64,000 bases of DNA from Epithemia pelagica. Taxonomy: Eukaryota; Protista; Bacillariophyta. A program made the position numbers and the translations under genes. Under the pieces are notes generated by a model. That model saw nothing but the letters and a program-made list of their open reading frames with translations, searched no databases and was not told where the DNA came from. Every line of letters starts with the position of its first letter. The first letter of the stretch is position 1. The DNA is taken from contig OX337230.1 in NCBI GenBank assembly GCA_946965045.2, forward strand, positions 930,001 through 994,000. The letters run 5' to 3'. This document shows, in pieces, positions 12,458 through 25,018 of this stretch.

Positions 12458-13009
12458 TCGAATAGTCTAGGACACGCGTTGAGTCCTCATGAATGGTTCA
12501 TTTCAATGGCAACGAGAGAAGAATTAATAAAGGATTACAGATAGATACCCAGAGAGAGTTGCCTCGTTGGTCGTTGCCTCTTGTTTGTTTTGTCTGAAAC
12601 TGGAAACACAATCCGTGACAAATTTCAGGTTTTGATGTGTGCTCGGCCTGCGCGATTCGTTAAGCCTCGGTTCTTTTTAGGAGTGGGACAAAATTCAAGA
12701 GTGACAGGAAGAATTGCTTTTAACGGTCGACACGTGTGTGACATGGGACGCTTGGCGTCCTCTTGCTATTGTATACTTGCTACTACGATAGCTAGTAGCG
12801 GCACTATCATGCCATTGCTAATGCGTGCTGACCGATATCGAGGAAATATAGGCTATACAATTCTCGCTTGGTCGACAAATCTAGAAAGCTCATTCCATTG
12901 GAGCAACAACCTTATCTCAGCTATCATACGTTACTTTTTACTTATCAACACGTTTCCACTTGATTTCTGGTCCGGATCTTTGAAACACTCTCTAAATGTA
13001 GTGAGTTTC

Positions 13010-13855
13010 TTAGGCAGTCCTCGCGGCTGCGGCTTCCTGCGTTTGGCGAATCCAGGCCGCCACGGCGGGAATGGCGGAAAAGGCTTGATACAAGGCCCAC
13101 AAGCGATCGTAGGCTTGCAACTCTGTTACTGTCATGTACTGGAATTGAATATGATCGTACAAAATGGTAAAGAGGGCCACGTCGCCCCACAAGGGGACCG
13201 TCGCGGACGTGAGGTAGGGATCGTCCTTGTTGGTTTGAAATTTGTGATACAAGGCATTGAATTTGGCCAATTGGTGAGGGACCGTCGTGGCCTGGTACTC
13301 GGCCTTTTTGTCGGCATCTTGGGAATAAAAGGAATGATGGGCCCACTGCGCTCTCAAGTCTTGATATTCTTCGGCAATCAAATCTTGCAAGTATTCCTGG
13401 TACGAGGCATTCTTGTTGTGGGCGACGACCATCGTCCCCTCGATCTCATGCATGTGGGCCAAGTAGCGACAGGTACTGACGTGTTGCGACAAGTGGTGAC
13501 AAATCATTGTCTTGTTGTCCTTTTCGTTGTCGTTGGCCGTAGTCGTCGTGGTTGTCACGAGAGTGACGGGGACACTGCCACAGGGATTTTCCTGGGTCTC
13601 CAACAAGCGTTGTTTTTCCGTCGCCCACGATCCACCGGCATAGTCAAACAATTGTTCGTCAAACGGAATGTCGTGAGCCAACAAGAAGAATCGAACCACT
13701 CCTCCCTGACCCGCCACGGGTCCCAACTCCAAGTATTTGAGCGTAATCGTAGTCGTAGTACTGTTGCTGCTCTTGTTGGAAGTAGTGTCGGTTTCCTTCT
13801 TTGGAGTCGAAGCCGTCGAAGTCATGATTTTGGAAATCCAGCTCATTGTTCCCAT
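13010..13855 (-). CDS. Glutathione S-transferase family protein
   Basis: 281-aa ORF. N-terminal thioredoxin-like pattern LKY...GQGGVVRFFLLAHDIPFDEQ...NPCGSVP...LSQHVSTCRYLA. C-terminal helical domain ending WGDVALF...LWALYQAFSAIPAVAAW. Confidence 0.75.
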   Translation of the reverse strand: MGTMSWISKIMTSTASTPKKETDTTSNKSSNSTTTTITLKYLELGPVAGQGGVVRFFLLAHDIPFDEQLFDYAGGSWATEKQRLLETQENPCGSVPVTLVTTTTTTANDNEKDNKTMICHHLSQHVSTCRYLAHMHEIEGTMVVAHNKNASYQEYLQDLIAEEYQDLRAQWAHHSFYSQDADKKAEYQATTVPHQLAKFNALYHKFQTNKDDPYLTSATVPLWGDVALFTILYDHIQFQYMTVTELQAYDRLWALYQAFSAIPAVAAWIRQTQEAAAARTA

Positions 13856-14895
13856 GGTTACAAACGGTCCGATTTGGTGGCGGAGAAAGAATCACACAAT
13901 ACACTTGCTGCTTGGAGAGAGGAGTTCCAACTGGTCGAGTTTGCGTTTTATGAGCAGTGCAAGACAATGAGTCAACTCAATGTTTCACGACGACGAACCA
14001 AATGGATGTGCAATCTTTTCGAATGACGAACGATACAACGACAACCTACACACATCCCGTACTTCTGCAAGGTCTTAAGAAAGAAGAAGAAAAGCAAAAA
14101 GCAACCCCTACTGCAATCTGGGTGTAGAATTCGATCGAACTTGTCACTACTTCTGGAGTTCTGTCTTTGGTCCACCGTATCCTGGCTTTCACACCAATCG
14201 CTCGTCTGCCAATTGTCAATTGTCCATGCGTGATGCTCTCTTTCTCTCTCTTCTCCTGTTGTTGTGCTCTCGTCATCCCAACTGCTTTATGGATCTGGAT
14301 CTTGTTCCAATGCTCCTTGCTCCAAGAAGATATACGAAGATTATCGTCGATCTTCCACGAAAACCCAAAATTCCGTCGGACAGATGGCCACTGTACCGTT
14401 CTTGGAGCAACATCGAAGGCCATCCTTCGACTTCTTTCGAATTCGAAAAAGGTGCATGTTCCGGATGGATTTCGTTCGATCGAACTCGATGGATTTCCAA
14501 GCTGGAGCATCATGAATCGCACAGTAGGTCACTTTTGGGTCACTATTTATGTGATGGAGTCGCATTTATGCTTTCTGTCTGACGTCCGCTGGTTCCGAGG
14601 GTGACGTACTCATCGAACAGCCGAAAAAGAACTGCCTTTCCCTCGGATTCTCGATAAATGTGCCAAGTGCCAAACAAAAGACAACGACGACAACGAGATA
14701 CAACTTGATGCTTTTTTTTTTCTTTGGTGTGTTGTTCGGGACGGAACGCTCCTCTTTCTCATTGTTGACAGGCTCATTCCCTACCTAGATCCCCACACAA
14801 GAACGACGTGTCTCGTAAGAACGAATCGCAACCACGACACAAAAAAGTCGGTGTTCACCAGTTGTGTGTGTGCTGGATAATTGCCCAACCAAACA

Positions 14896-16665
14896 ATGGC
14901 TTTCGTTTTGTGCGCTAAGACTAATGTCCCAACAACAACAATAACAACGACATCACTGTACAGTCGTCCTCGCGTTGGCAATACTCGCAGTAGAACAATC
15001 GGTCCCAATGTGTGGCGGATACTGCTGCTTGGTACCATGATGATTTACACACTTTTTGTCACGGACGCCTTTTTGCTCCGAGGCTCGCCCGTGACAACAA
15101 TAACACCAACAAGACGGACCACGACAAAACCTCCGTTTCATCCAGTGTCGCAATCGCCAATGGTTCTTCCCAGAATGAATGTTCACGAGGCAACTCCATG
15201 GCCAGGAAACTGGGGACCGCCACCCAACCGTCTACGAAGCATTTTCAAAAGACGAACGAGACCAACCTCGGTCGTCGTGTCCTTGTCATCGTCCAATCCA
15301 TCGGCATCGTCCGATCCCCCGACATCCGACGACCCACAAAACAACAAGAACCATCCGTTCCGGTGGTTGCGGACGTTGGTGGCCAAATCTCGTGCCTGGA
15401 CTCTGGTTGTGGCGGCCTGGTTGCAACTCGTATGGACCAAACGACGGCCACGACGACCATTTCGACAGTGGTTGGGCCAATGGATTCCGTGGCGTCGCAA
15501 TGCAAAACAACAAGACTCTGCTGCCACAACCCCCGAGGACGCTCGTCGTCGGGGACGACGCACCTGGCGTCGTCGAATGGTCTTGGTGGTCCTCTTGTGG
15601 ATGCTGGGACGATCGGTCGGACCCTGGTCCTCGTCGTCGTCCGCGACCAAAATGGCGGTGGATGGATGGATGCCCTCACGAGGATTGCCACCTCCTGTGG
15701 AATTATCCTACAGTCGCTTTTTGGCCCTCCTCGAACAACAACAACAAACACAACAACCACAAGTGCAACCCCACTCGTGGACCTCTTCCACCTCTCCCTC
15801 GATCCAATGGTACAAAACTAAATCATCCTCAAAAGCCTCCTCGTCTTGGAAACGACTGTCGACCGCACCATCGGCCGCAGATCCCTCCCCATCCACGAGT
15901 AGCAGCAACGGCAAGACTGCCGTGTCGTCGTCCTCGTCTCGAGGCGTGCGGGTCGCGGGGACGTGGACCCGTCCTCCCGTGTGGCACAGTCAGTTGACTC
16001 CTGGCATTCCACGAGTCGGGCAAGTGGGTATTGGTCGGGATCGCTTGTATTTTCACATTTATCAAACGCCCCCGACAACCAACGAGATGACAACGACAAT
16101 GACAACAACCGCACCAGTTGCTCCACAATTTGCCATTGCGGTACCATCCTCAGAGGGAGAAACGACCAACCACAACAAGAAACCAGACATCATGGTGGAC
16201 CAGAAGGATTCTCCCGTGGTTTATGTGACACGCGCTTATACACACAAGGTGGCAGCCGCTCCCGAATTGGTGGACTTGATGCAATCGCGCGGCATTTCCT
16301 TTTCCGCCTTGATTCCACCACCCAGCAAAAAGTTACCAGTCGGAACCATTGTCCTCGGTGTCTACCTCTTGTTTTTGTATCGCTTTTACCGACTCGTGAC
16401 CAATCAATTTCGCGACACCAATGGCAGTAGTGGCAGTGAGGGTCCCGGAAAACAATGGGGACGATCCAAATCAACGACGACCCGCGATGCCAAACCAGAA
16501 GTCTCCTTTGAAGAGATTCAAGGGATTGATCAAGCCAAGGTCGAAGTCATGGAATTGGTTGATACACTTAAGAATCCACAAAAATATGCCATTTTGGGAG
16601 CACGGGCACCCACTGGCTTGTTGCTCGAAGGACCTCCGGGGACGGGCAAAACGGTACGTACATTG

Positions 16666-16712
<47 letters not shown>

Positions 16713-17715
16713 AAGCAAAAGGATCCTTGTTGTTGTCGTGGTCCATGCGTGAGAAAGAGGATGTGAAATAGATGGAGTAGACTGTTTGAAGCACTCATTT
16801 CTTATCATTTCTAATTCATTGCTGTTTGTTTTCCTTCTTGTTGGGCAGATGCTCGCCAAAGCCACTGCAGCTTCTGCCGGTGTCCCTCTCTTGTATTGCA
16901 GTGGAAGTGACTTTGTTGAGGTCTTTGTGGGACGAGGAGCCGCCCGGGTACGCAACTTGTTTGAACGAGCCTCCAAAATGGCACCCTGCATTATTTTTGT
17001 GGACGAATTAGATGCCTTGGGCAAATCACGAGATTTTGGCAACTTCTTTTCCTCCCGGGGTGGTGGTGGTGGCAATGACGAGGCCGAACAAACACTCAAT
17101 CAATTGTTGGCCTGTATGGATGGTCTCGATAGTTCGCGACGTATTTGTGTCATGGCCGCAACCAATCGAAAAAATGTCCTGGATCCAGCCTTGATTCGAC
17201 CAGGACGCTTTGATCGGATCGTGACCTTGACGCTTCCCGATGCGGCCGGGCGAGAAAAGATTTTGCGAGTCCATTGCCAAAAACTACCAGGCTTTGTCGA
17301 ACAATCTCCCGGTACTACTGTAACAAGCGGCACCAACAAGAAGGATGCTCCCGTCGATTTACGGGTTGTGGCATTGTTGACGGATGGCTTTAGTGGCGCG
17401 GAATTGGAATCGTTGGTCAATGAAGCGGCCATTCGAGCCGTCCGACGAGTCAGTGTGGCAGTGGAACAACGAGTCGAATTGGAATTGCAACAACAACAAC
17501 AACAAGGACAACAAGACACAGCGTCCGTGACTTCCATCCAGGAGGACAGTATCGTCCCCCAAGTATTGGCAGTTGATTTTGATGCCAGCATTGACAATTT
17601 CTATGCTAGTCGAGGACGTGGCCGACGACGATGGGGAATCTCCACAGCCGGGGCCGCTGCAACCGGAGGTAGTGGCGGCGGTCTCTTTCCACCTCTGGGA
17701 GGAGGCACCAATTGA
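14896..17715 (+). CDS. FtsH-like membrane AAA+ ATPase lacking the M41 protease domain; two exons (14896-16653, 16849-17715)
   Basis: FtsH-type LSYSRFL motif and hydrophobic segments. Walker A GPPGTGKT|MLAKA is joined by GT-AG intron 16654-16848 in phase 0. Walker [38 protein letters not shown] and lid [15 protein letters not shown] are present. The stop follows with no HExxH. The start codon is uncertain; TDAF resembles a diatom plastid-targeting cleavage site. Confidence 0.85.
16671..16708. repeat. (AG)19 microsatellite in the FtsH-like intron
   Basis: Read directly from the sequence. Confidence 0.95.
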
Positions 17716-17876
17716 CGCGACTTTTCCAAGATGCAGTTTTCAAGGCAAACGGTCTCCTTCCCTTTCCCCGCACATGGCTGTATCCATAACACTCAATAGA
17801 AATGTCCAATACAGTGTACATTCCGTAATCCCTCTTGATTGACTCTCTGTGCGGAACTGAAACGGAGTCTTGGACA

Positions 17877-18800
17877 GATCATTGTCTGGAGGTTCATAAT
17901 TTTGCTAGAGATACGATCGCTACGAAATGAAGTCTTTGCCTATCCAAAAAGAGCTTTCCTATGTGGACGGTATGACAGAATTGGAAAAGCAGCTTTTTTC
18001 TCAAGAACAAAGACAAACGGTATGACAATCGGAAAAGCAGCTTTTTTCTCACGAACAAAGACAATACTTGGTTGCTTTTCTTGACTGGTGGTCTTGGATG
18101 AACTGAGATGACACGGCGTCATGTGGTCTCTCTACCCGGCATGTGTGGTGGCCAGACGTGACAGGACACGATAGGCCTCTCGACCACCCTCCAAACTCAT
18201 GGTCACATGTTCCAGTGTATCCCAATTCACCAACCATTGCTGCGTTTCGTGGTATTTCCGACGCATTTTTCGGAACTCTCGATGCAAGGCCGCCACGTGC
18301 ATGCGACAATGCGATTTGACCTGCAGGAGTCCCTTGGTTTCGGTGGGTCTCTTGTTGTTGATGCGCCGAACTGTGCACTGCAATGCACCTCGAAACGTTA
18401 CGGCAGGCAGCATCGTGGATTTGGGAGCCTCGTTGGGAACAATCTCAACGCTGGTTGGCAGTGTTGGCGACTGCGGCTCTCAAAAATTGTCCGTCTTGGG
18501 AGCCACAAACAGGAGCCCATCCTGGTCGCCCTTTGTGCGATGGGAGTCATGGTCGCTATTCTTGTCAGCATTATTCTTGTTGTAGTCTTGAGGGAAGCTG
18601 CGCCAATGGATGAACACACGAGGGAATATGGCGGGAGCATGGCGGGGTTGATGGAGGAGCCGGCGCAACCATTTGGGCACTTTGCGCTTGGTCTTCCATG
18701 GCCGAGGGTATTGCATCGGCATCATCATGGGCGGCCCCTGCCATGCGAGTTTTCTACCGTGGCCCCAGAACGCCACCTTTGTCGTTTGGAATCAATTTGA
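17877..18800 (-). pseudogene. Truncated, decayed copy of the 3' end of Kelch paralog 3
   Basis: 17877-18370 aligns by eye with 22202-22825 at high identity (KRPTETK.LLQVKSHCRMHVAALHRE...WDTLEHVTMSLEG). It has TAG at 18132-18134 where paralog 3 has TGG, a ~170-nt gap and a ~48-nt tandem duplication at ~17967-18063. The 5' boundary is approximate. Confidence 0.75.
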
Positions 18801-19945
18801 CACCAAGCAAGGGATATTCCCGTAGGCATTGCGCCCATGCATTGTGGAGGAGTGGTTGTAGCCATTCGATGGCCATGGCGGTTCTCCTTGGATCCGGCAC
18901 TGTCTTGCGCGGTTGTTGTTACTTGTGCCGTCAAATCGACCGTTTTGTCTTGTCGTACTCGATAGAATCGTAACTCGACATTGCAAGTGGATGTCACAAT
19001 GTGACCAGAAAGCATCGCAGGAAGATGCTCGGTTGCTGTTGCCGCTGCTGTCCCATCGCCGTGCTTTACACGTGGAATTTCAACCACGACACTAGCTCGA
19101 GAATGAATAATACCCTGACACTAATTTGACCATGGCGGATTTTTTTGGACTATTTTCATCTCTCCATTTCTACTAGAACGGTAGATCTAGGTTAGTCACT
19201 AGTGACATTGGTGCTCGGGACTCGGTTGGCTTGTTGCGCTCTTCTTGAAAATTCCAGAAATGCAACAGTGAGACATTTCTTGGAGTGTTTTGTCAACTTT
19301 CATGGCATCCATAAACAGGGTCCAATAGTCGTGTCCCTCCTTATCAAACGCCTTGGTCACAAAGGCTTGACCATTCAACAGTTTCGGTAGGACGGCTAAA
19401 CGAGCAACGATGAGGGGACCTTCCACGATCAGGCTTTGTGCCAGAAGGACAAGGAGTTTTTCTTATCCCTCGTAGCAATCAACCAAGTAGAACACGAATA
19501 GAACGGATCTCTGCGAGGGGTAAGACAACGAAGATAGTTACGGACCATACCAGGTTGTCGGAAGGCATGCCATGGTGAAGCCACGATGCACCACGACAAA
19601 AAACTTGATGCCAAACGTGACGTCATGTACTAGAAAAATTTACGTACAATACAAGTAACCTTAGTAGGCGTTGGGACTTGGGACCCACTCTATTAGCTGC
19701 TGCTCGCGCATGCACAGTAGGAGTTGTTGCTGTTGTTGCTATCACATCAGTCGGTGACGATCGTTTCTAGATATCGTTGTGTCCATCAAAGAAGATCTTC
19801 TTATTTCGTTTCTGTCAGATTGTGTTTGATGGATTTGGACTGATTCCCGGACCGATTCCATAAAATTTCTGCTCTGCGAATTTCAAGTGAACCTGTTTGT
19901 TGCGGAGGATCGAAGACGTGAAAATTCTCGTGAAACCCCACCAAA

Positions 19946-21508
19946 ATGACACCGCATCAGCTTGCTAGCATCGACTCTCAGAGCAACGCCAGTACAAGTG
20001 ATGACTCAAGCAAATATTATGATGATCACGGATCATCTGCCGCTGGATCAATACCAGAAATAGAAACATCAACTCGAGAAAGTCCATGGGTTTTTGGCGG
20101 TAGGTCTATTTGCCTTCGATTTGCCTGCACCGCACCGTCACCTGCTCCAGTCGGTGGCATGGCCAGCCTTGCTCGCTCGCACAATCAGTTTCCTCACATC
20201 TCAGTTTCCTCAGTTTCCTCACACAACATCTCACTCACAAGAAGGAAAAGACGAAGCAGAGCATCCCCAGATCAAACGCACTCTACTTCTGCTTGCACCC
20301 AGCCTCCGATAATCATGGATTCTCCTGGTTCCAGCAAAAAGAGACAACGGGAATCCCCAACAGGGACCATTGCACGAGAGACAGGTACAGAAGAACATGA
20401 GTCCCAGCTCCCGCAACAGACCGCTCCGTTAAGTCAAAAGCTGGATCTATTGATTCAGAAAGTTGATAGATTGACTACATCAACGAACGATCAAGTTGCT
20501 GAATTGCATAAAGTGACTACATCGACGAACAATCAAGTTGCTGAAACGAACAATGAAGTTGCTCGATTGCGTGAATCAACGAACCATGGATTGCGTGAAG
20601 TGACTGCCAAGCTTGATTTGCTGGTTGAATGCAACCCATCGGCATTGGTTCGAGAAATCAATCCCGCCATTGTGGCGTCACGTGATCAAGTTGCAAATGC
20701 CAGCCGGGACGGTTCCATAACCACGTGGACCGTCACGCAGAGAACGGATTCGGAGACGTTCCTCGCGCTCACTGCGAAGCACTGTGGATTGTTCAAGAGA
20801 ACAGTTCGCCCAGAAAATGACATTTCATTTGTGGAAATCCCACAGCTTATCATCGATGCTGGTATTTTACGCATTGGGTACGTTGGGGAACCATCGTCAA
20901 ATCATAACAAGGACGATTTTCTTTGTGTAGAAGTCAATTCGCGTCCCCGGGTCGACGGGCAAATCTTGACTTACGAGCCTGCGCCAAACGAGCTTATTTC
21001 GAGCCGCTTTGTTGGTGGGCAAGGAGTTGCCTGCTCTGTGCGAGGGGAAAATGCTTCAAGAAGGGATGGTGATTGCTTCTATTTTGTGGAGCACGCAAGT
21101 GAGGATGGAACGTCGGGAACACTGATGTTCAATGAACACAAAAAAATGTTGGGGGTATTCGTCAGCTCAGTCTCCCGTTCTGGATTGCTCGACCGTGGTA
21201 TCATTGCACCACTACCTGACATCACAAATATTCAGTGGGTATCACAATCCGACGTACTGTTTGAGCGGGTCGAGCTGTCCTCTCGACTGCGCCCTACACG
21301 ACGAGTCAAGCAGTATACTGTGCAGACAAGGACGACCGAAAGTGGTCATCGCTACCAGGAACTCAGCCGAAATGAAAAATTCTTCACTGGTGTATTTGTC
21401 AATCAATACTTCGCCTACGCCGGTGGTCGCGGTCACAGACGACCAACAAGTCACCTAAATGGTTCCTCGAATGGACGGCGCACAACTCGACGGTTGTGCT
21501 TTTTCTGA
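19946..21508 (+). CDS. Coiled-coil plus trypsin-like (PA clan) serine protease, no obvious signal peptide; alternative start ATG 20315
   Basis: Triad-like motifs in order: TAKHC (His 20780), KDDF (Asp ~20915) and DGTSGTLMFN...MLGVFV (Ser 21113). An upstream heptad-rich segment contains a 42-nt tandem repeat (TTSTN[DN]QVAE). Confidence 0.68.
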   Translation: MTPHQLASIDSQSNASTSDDSSKYYDDHGSSAAGSIPEIETSTRESPWVFGGRSICLRFACTAPSPAPVGGMASLARSHNQFPHISVSSVSSHNISLTRRKRRSRASPDQTHSTSACTQPPIIMDSPGSSKKRQRESPTGTIARETGTEEHESQLPQQTAPLSQKLDLLIQKVDRLTTSTNDQVAELHKVTTSTNNQVAETNNEVARLRESTNHGLREVTAKLDLLVECNPSALVREINPAIVASRDQVANASRDGSITTWTVTQRTDSETFLALTAKHCGLFKRTVRPENDISFVEIPQLIIDAGILRIGYVGEPSSNHNKDDFLCVEVNSRPRVDGQILTYEPAPNELISSRFVGGQGVACSVRGENASRRDGDCFYFVEHASEDGTSGTLMFNEHKKMLGVFVSSVSRSGLLDRGIIAPLPDITNIQWVSQSDVLFERVELSSRLRPTRRVKQYTVQTRTTESGHRYQELSRNEKFFTGVFVNQYFAYAGGRGHRRPTSHLNGSSNGRRTTRRLCFF

Positions 21509-22451
21509 AGAAACACAGGTATTGATGTTTCTGTATTTGGAAACAAGGAAGAAACAACACCATATGTAGTCAGTAATATGGTTTCTACTTTAGCGTCCAT
21601 ATTCTTTGTTTGATCTCTGTCGTTGATACTACTCATATAGACCAGAATCAATCCATACATCCCCATCATGCCCACAACAAAGGGTGGCAATTGCCGCTCA
21701 CTGTCCAATCCACAAAAGTAATCAAACAGAATGCAGTTGCCGATCCACAAAAAAGTAATCAAACAGAATGATACACAACTGTACTTGGTTTGTGCGATGC
21801 AACCAGCTTGCTTCGGTTTCTTGCCATGTTTCCGTACCGAACAGCACACAATGTGTGGTCCCGCCAAGCAATGGGCGAAGATGTTGTAACTTTGGCGCTA
21901 TACTGGTTTGCCCAAGTATTTCTTTTGTGTGTGCGGGTGGCGGTGGTGCATGTCGTGGTGAATCATTCTTCATTTGTCGTGGAAACCAACTTGGAAAATC
22001 CAATGGCATCAGAAGGCACAAAATCAGGTTGAAAAGAACGAGAAAACATCTGATCGAGCACGGACATCAGGCTGCAGGAGTAAAACACGAAGTAGGCTTC
22101 ACTTGTGTGCTGGGAATCCCTTGAAGCCATTTGCTTAATTGTGTCCATGAACTTTCTGAATTTTATGATCGAAGCTTCGACCAATGCTCGGTGATTGTAC
22201 TGATCATTGTCTGGAGGTTCATAATTTGTTAGAGATACGATCGCTTACGAAATGAAGTCTTTGCCTACCCATATGGAGCTTTTCTATGTGGAAACGGTAT
22301 GACAGAACCGGAAAAGCAGTTTTTTCCTCAAGAACAAAGACAATGTTTAACTTCTGTCATGGCTCCGCAGCTTCGACCTCGACACCAAACGGTTCCAACC
22401 AAGAGATTATTGGTTTTGCCTTGAATGTATTCCGACACAAAAGATTCCGAA

Positions 22452-25018
22452 TTACCGGTTTGGAAAGGTTGCATTCCCTCCCACAGTTGCTTGTTTCCGG
22501 AGCCATTTTGTTTTGTTGCTTTTCTCGACCCAAGTAGTGGCCTTGGATGACCTGGAATGACACGGCGTCATTTGGTCTCTCCAACCGGCGTGTATGTTGG
22601 CCAGACGTGACAGGGCACGATAGGCCTCTCGAACACCCTCCAAACTCATGGTCACATGTTCCAGTGTGTCCCAATCCACCAACCGTTGTTGCCTTTCGTG
22701 GCAGTCCCGAAGCATTGTTTGGATCTCTCGATGCAAGGCCGCCACGTGCATGCGACAATGCGATTTGACCTGCAGGAGTTCCTTGGTTTCGGTGGGTCTC
22801 TTGTTCTTCTTGTGGTTGATGCGGTCGACTCTTGTCGGAGAAGAACTCAAGAAAATGTGTTCGTCAATCAACGTCTGTGTATGTTTCCCCGTGTACCGAT
22901 AGAGTTGCAGCGAGGACGTGGATCCAACTTGTCGGGATCGGAGACGAATGAACAAGAGAGACGAAACCAAGGCGGGTGCCAAGGTTTGAATCACCAAGGC
23001 GGGTGCCAAGGTTTGAATCCACGAGGACCAATCGCTGCGTTTCGTCTCTTCCAGGACAATGGAAGGTGCGACGGGAGACAGATCGTAGGGGCACAAAAAG
23101 TGAAGCTCCCAGGTGGTTTCTCGAGGTGTCGTCGCCAAGAATGCCGAGAACAGAAATTGGGAAACGGAGGAGGAGGGGGCGTTGGGTCGTGTTCGTGTCA
23201 CCACAAACAATCGTGGAAAACTCCAATCCAGTTCCGGTCGGTACTCCACAGCAAGACGATGCATCGGTACGTTTCTTGGTGGTGACGGTGGTCGTGATGA
23301 TGGAATGCTGGTGACTGGTTGGCTGTCAGTGGATTTGTCAGGTGCCGCAATTGGGGAGGAGGATTGTTCCTGCGGGTGGTTGCTCCGAATGGTTGGATTT
23401 GAGCGGCGGACCAAAACGTCAGTGGTGGTAAAGAGCGCATAGACAAGGTTGTAACAACGCGATTGTCTCTGTACGGTATACTTGGAGGTCTTTTGTTGCT
23501 TGGTAAAGATGGACGTCTCACCACAACCACCACTCGTGGGGAAAAAGTATCCTTCACCTTGGAGTTCCGCCAGGGTACATTCCAAGCTATACCGTTGATG
23601 TTGCTGTCGGACCGTGCCCAGTCGAGTCACGAGTTCGGAAAGACTCAAGGAGGCAATGGGCAAGGCTTCGACATGATTCAAGAGGGTCGCATAGTCGGCC
23701 GTTGTGGGTGCCATTCCTCCCACCACCAGGATGCGACGGTAAAAAGGGAGCGGTACCATGGAAAACAAGCAGCGTGGCATCCTTAAGGTCCAGGTCGGAT
23801 CCAAGCTGTACACCACGTTACGATCCAAATCGACAATTTCAATAGTCTGGACATAGTTGGCAGCATCGCTGTCGTCACCCAGTGCGGGTCCATAGTGTCG
23901 TCCTCCCACCACCACCAAGCACGATCCAACTTGGGCCAAATCATGTCCCCAACGACCCTGAGACAATTCCAGATTCGCATGCAGCGTCCACGACGGCGAC
24001 AGTTGCAATCCGGATGATTGGTTGTTGTTGCTGTCGTTGTCACAAATTCCTCCTTGGTCCAGAACTCAAGTGATTCAATCTTTCGGGAGCCATGGGTGGA
24101 ATACCCTCCCACGACCCAAATGCAATTGTCATAGACACTGGCCGCAAAGACGCATCGTGGAAGGTTCATGGAGGGGCCTCGAGTGACAGTTTCGGTCACC
24201 ACGTCGACAAGCTCCACGGTTGGAATGGCCAAGTCGTCCCTTCGGAGACCACCCAATACCACAATATAGCGGTCGTAGAGGGTCACGGCTTGAACTACTT
24301 TTTTGCAACTGGACAAACGACACGACAAGGTCGTCCAACCAGCTCTCGTTGTAGTTGTTTCATGTTGTGGTGTTGGTGTTCCTTTCGAGCCGTTCTTGTT
24401 CGTTGGGAGCAACTCAGCAACCGAGATTCGTTCGATAGTATCCCAGTAGTTGAGCGTTCCATCATTGTCACCACCTCCTCCAAGTGCATAGACCGCGTCT
24501 CGACAGACGACCGCCGCAACGCCGTCACGAGGGACCAAGAGAGGAGGTCCTTGCTGCCATTTCCAGGTCCGCAACTCTAGAATCCACACTTGATGACTGG
24601 CTTGACCCCGTGCCTGATTCCGGATGTCGTGTGGTGTTGCGACGGTCCCTCCCACTACCACCACAAAACTGTCGTGGGGCAAACAACAACAAGACGACTC
24701 GTTCGAGGCATCCTTTTCTGTCTCATTATGGGTCGTTGCTGTTGTGGTTCTTATTGTTCTTGTTCGATCAATTACTACCGAAGCATGAGCCCGTCGTCCA
24801 TTGCCACTCAAGGGGGGAGGAAAACTAGAATAGGAGGACACGGAAGATTGTCGGTAGGGTCCCACCTCCAACCCAGACCAAATGGTTTGACACAAGTGGT
24901 CCTTTGGCTGTTGTTGCTGTGTTGGACCATGAGTATACTTTGATGGCTCGTCATTGTGGGCGCCGCCGTTCCGTCTTGTTGCGGTGGACGACAGAGATGC
25001 CATGGTCTGACGTGCCAA
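22452..25018 (-). pseudogene. Kelch-repeat protein paralog 3; frameshift near 24010
   Basis: ORF 23783-25018 carries Kelch repeats (WQQGPPLLVPRDGVAAVVCRDAVYALGG; GPSMNLPRCVFAASVYDNCIWVVGG). These continue in the other frame in ORF 22452-24008 (GRWGHDLAQVGSCLVVVGG). The C-terminal domain has WIQTLAPALV duplicated by an exact 27-nt repeat at 22966-23019. Confidence 0.75.

Noticed and set aside
12581-14026. 481-aa plus-strand ORF
   Set aside because: Antisense shadow of the GST gene, with a non-ATG start and no recognisable motifs.
21451-21867. 138-aa hydrophobic minus-strand ORF
   Set aside because: Non-ATG start, overlaps the protease 3' end, includes a local tandem duplication, and has no recognisable family.
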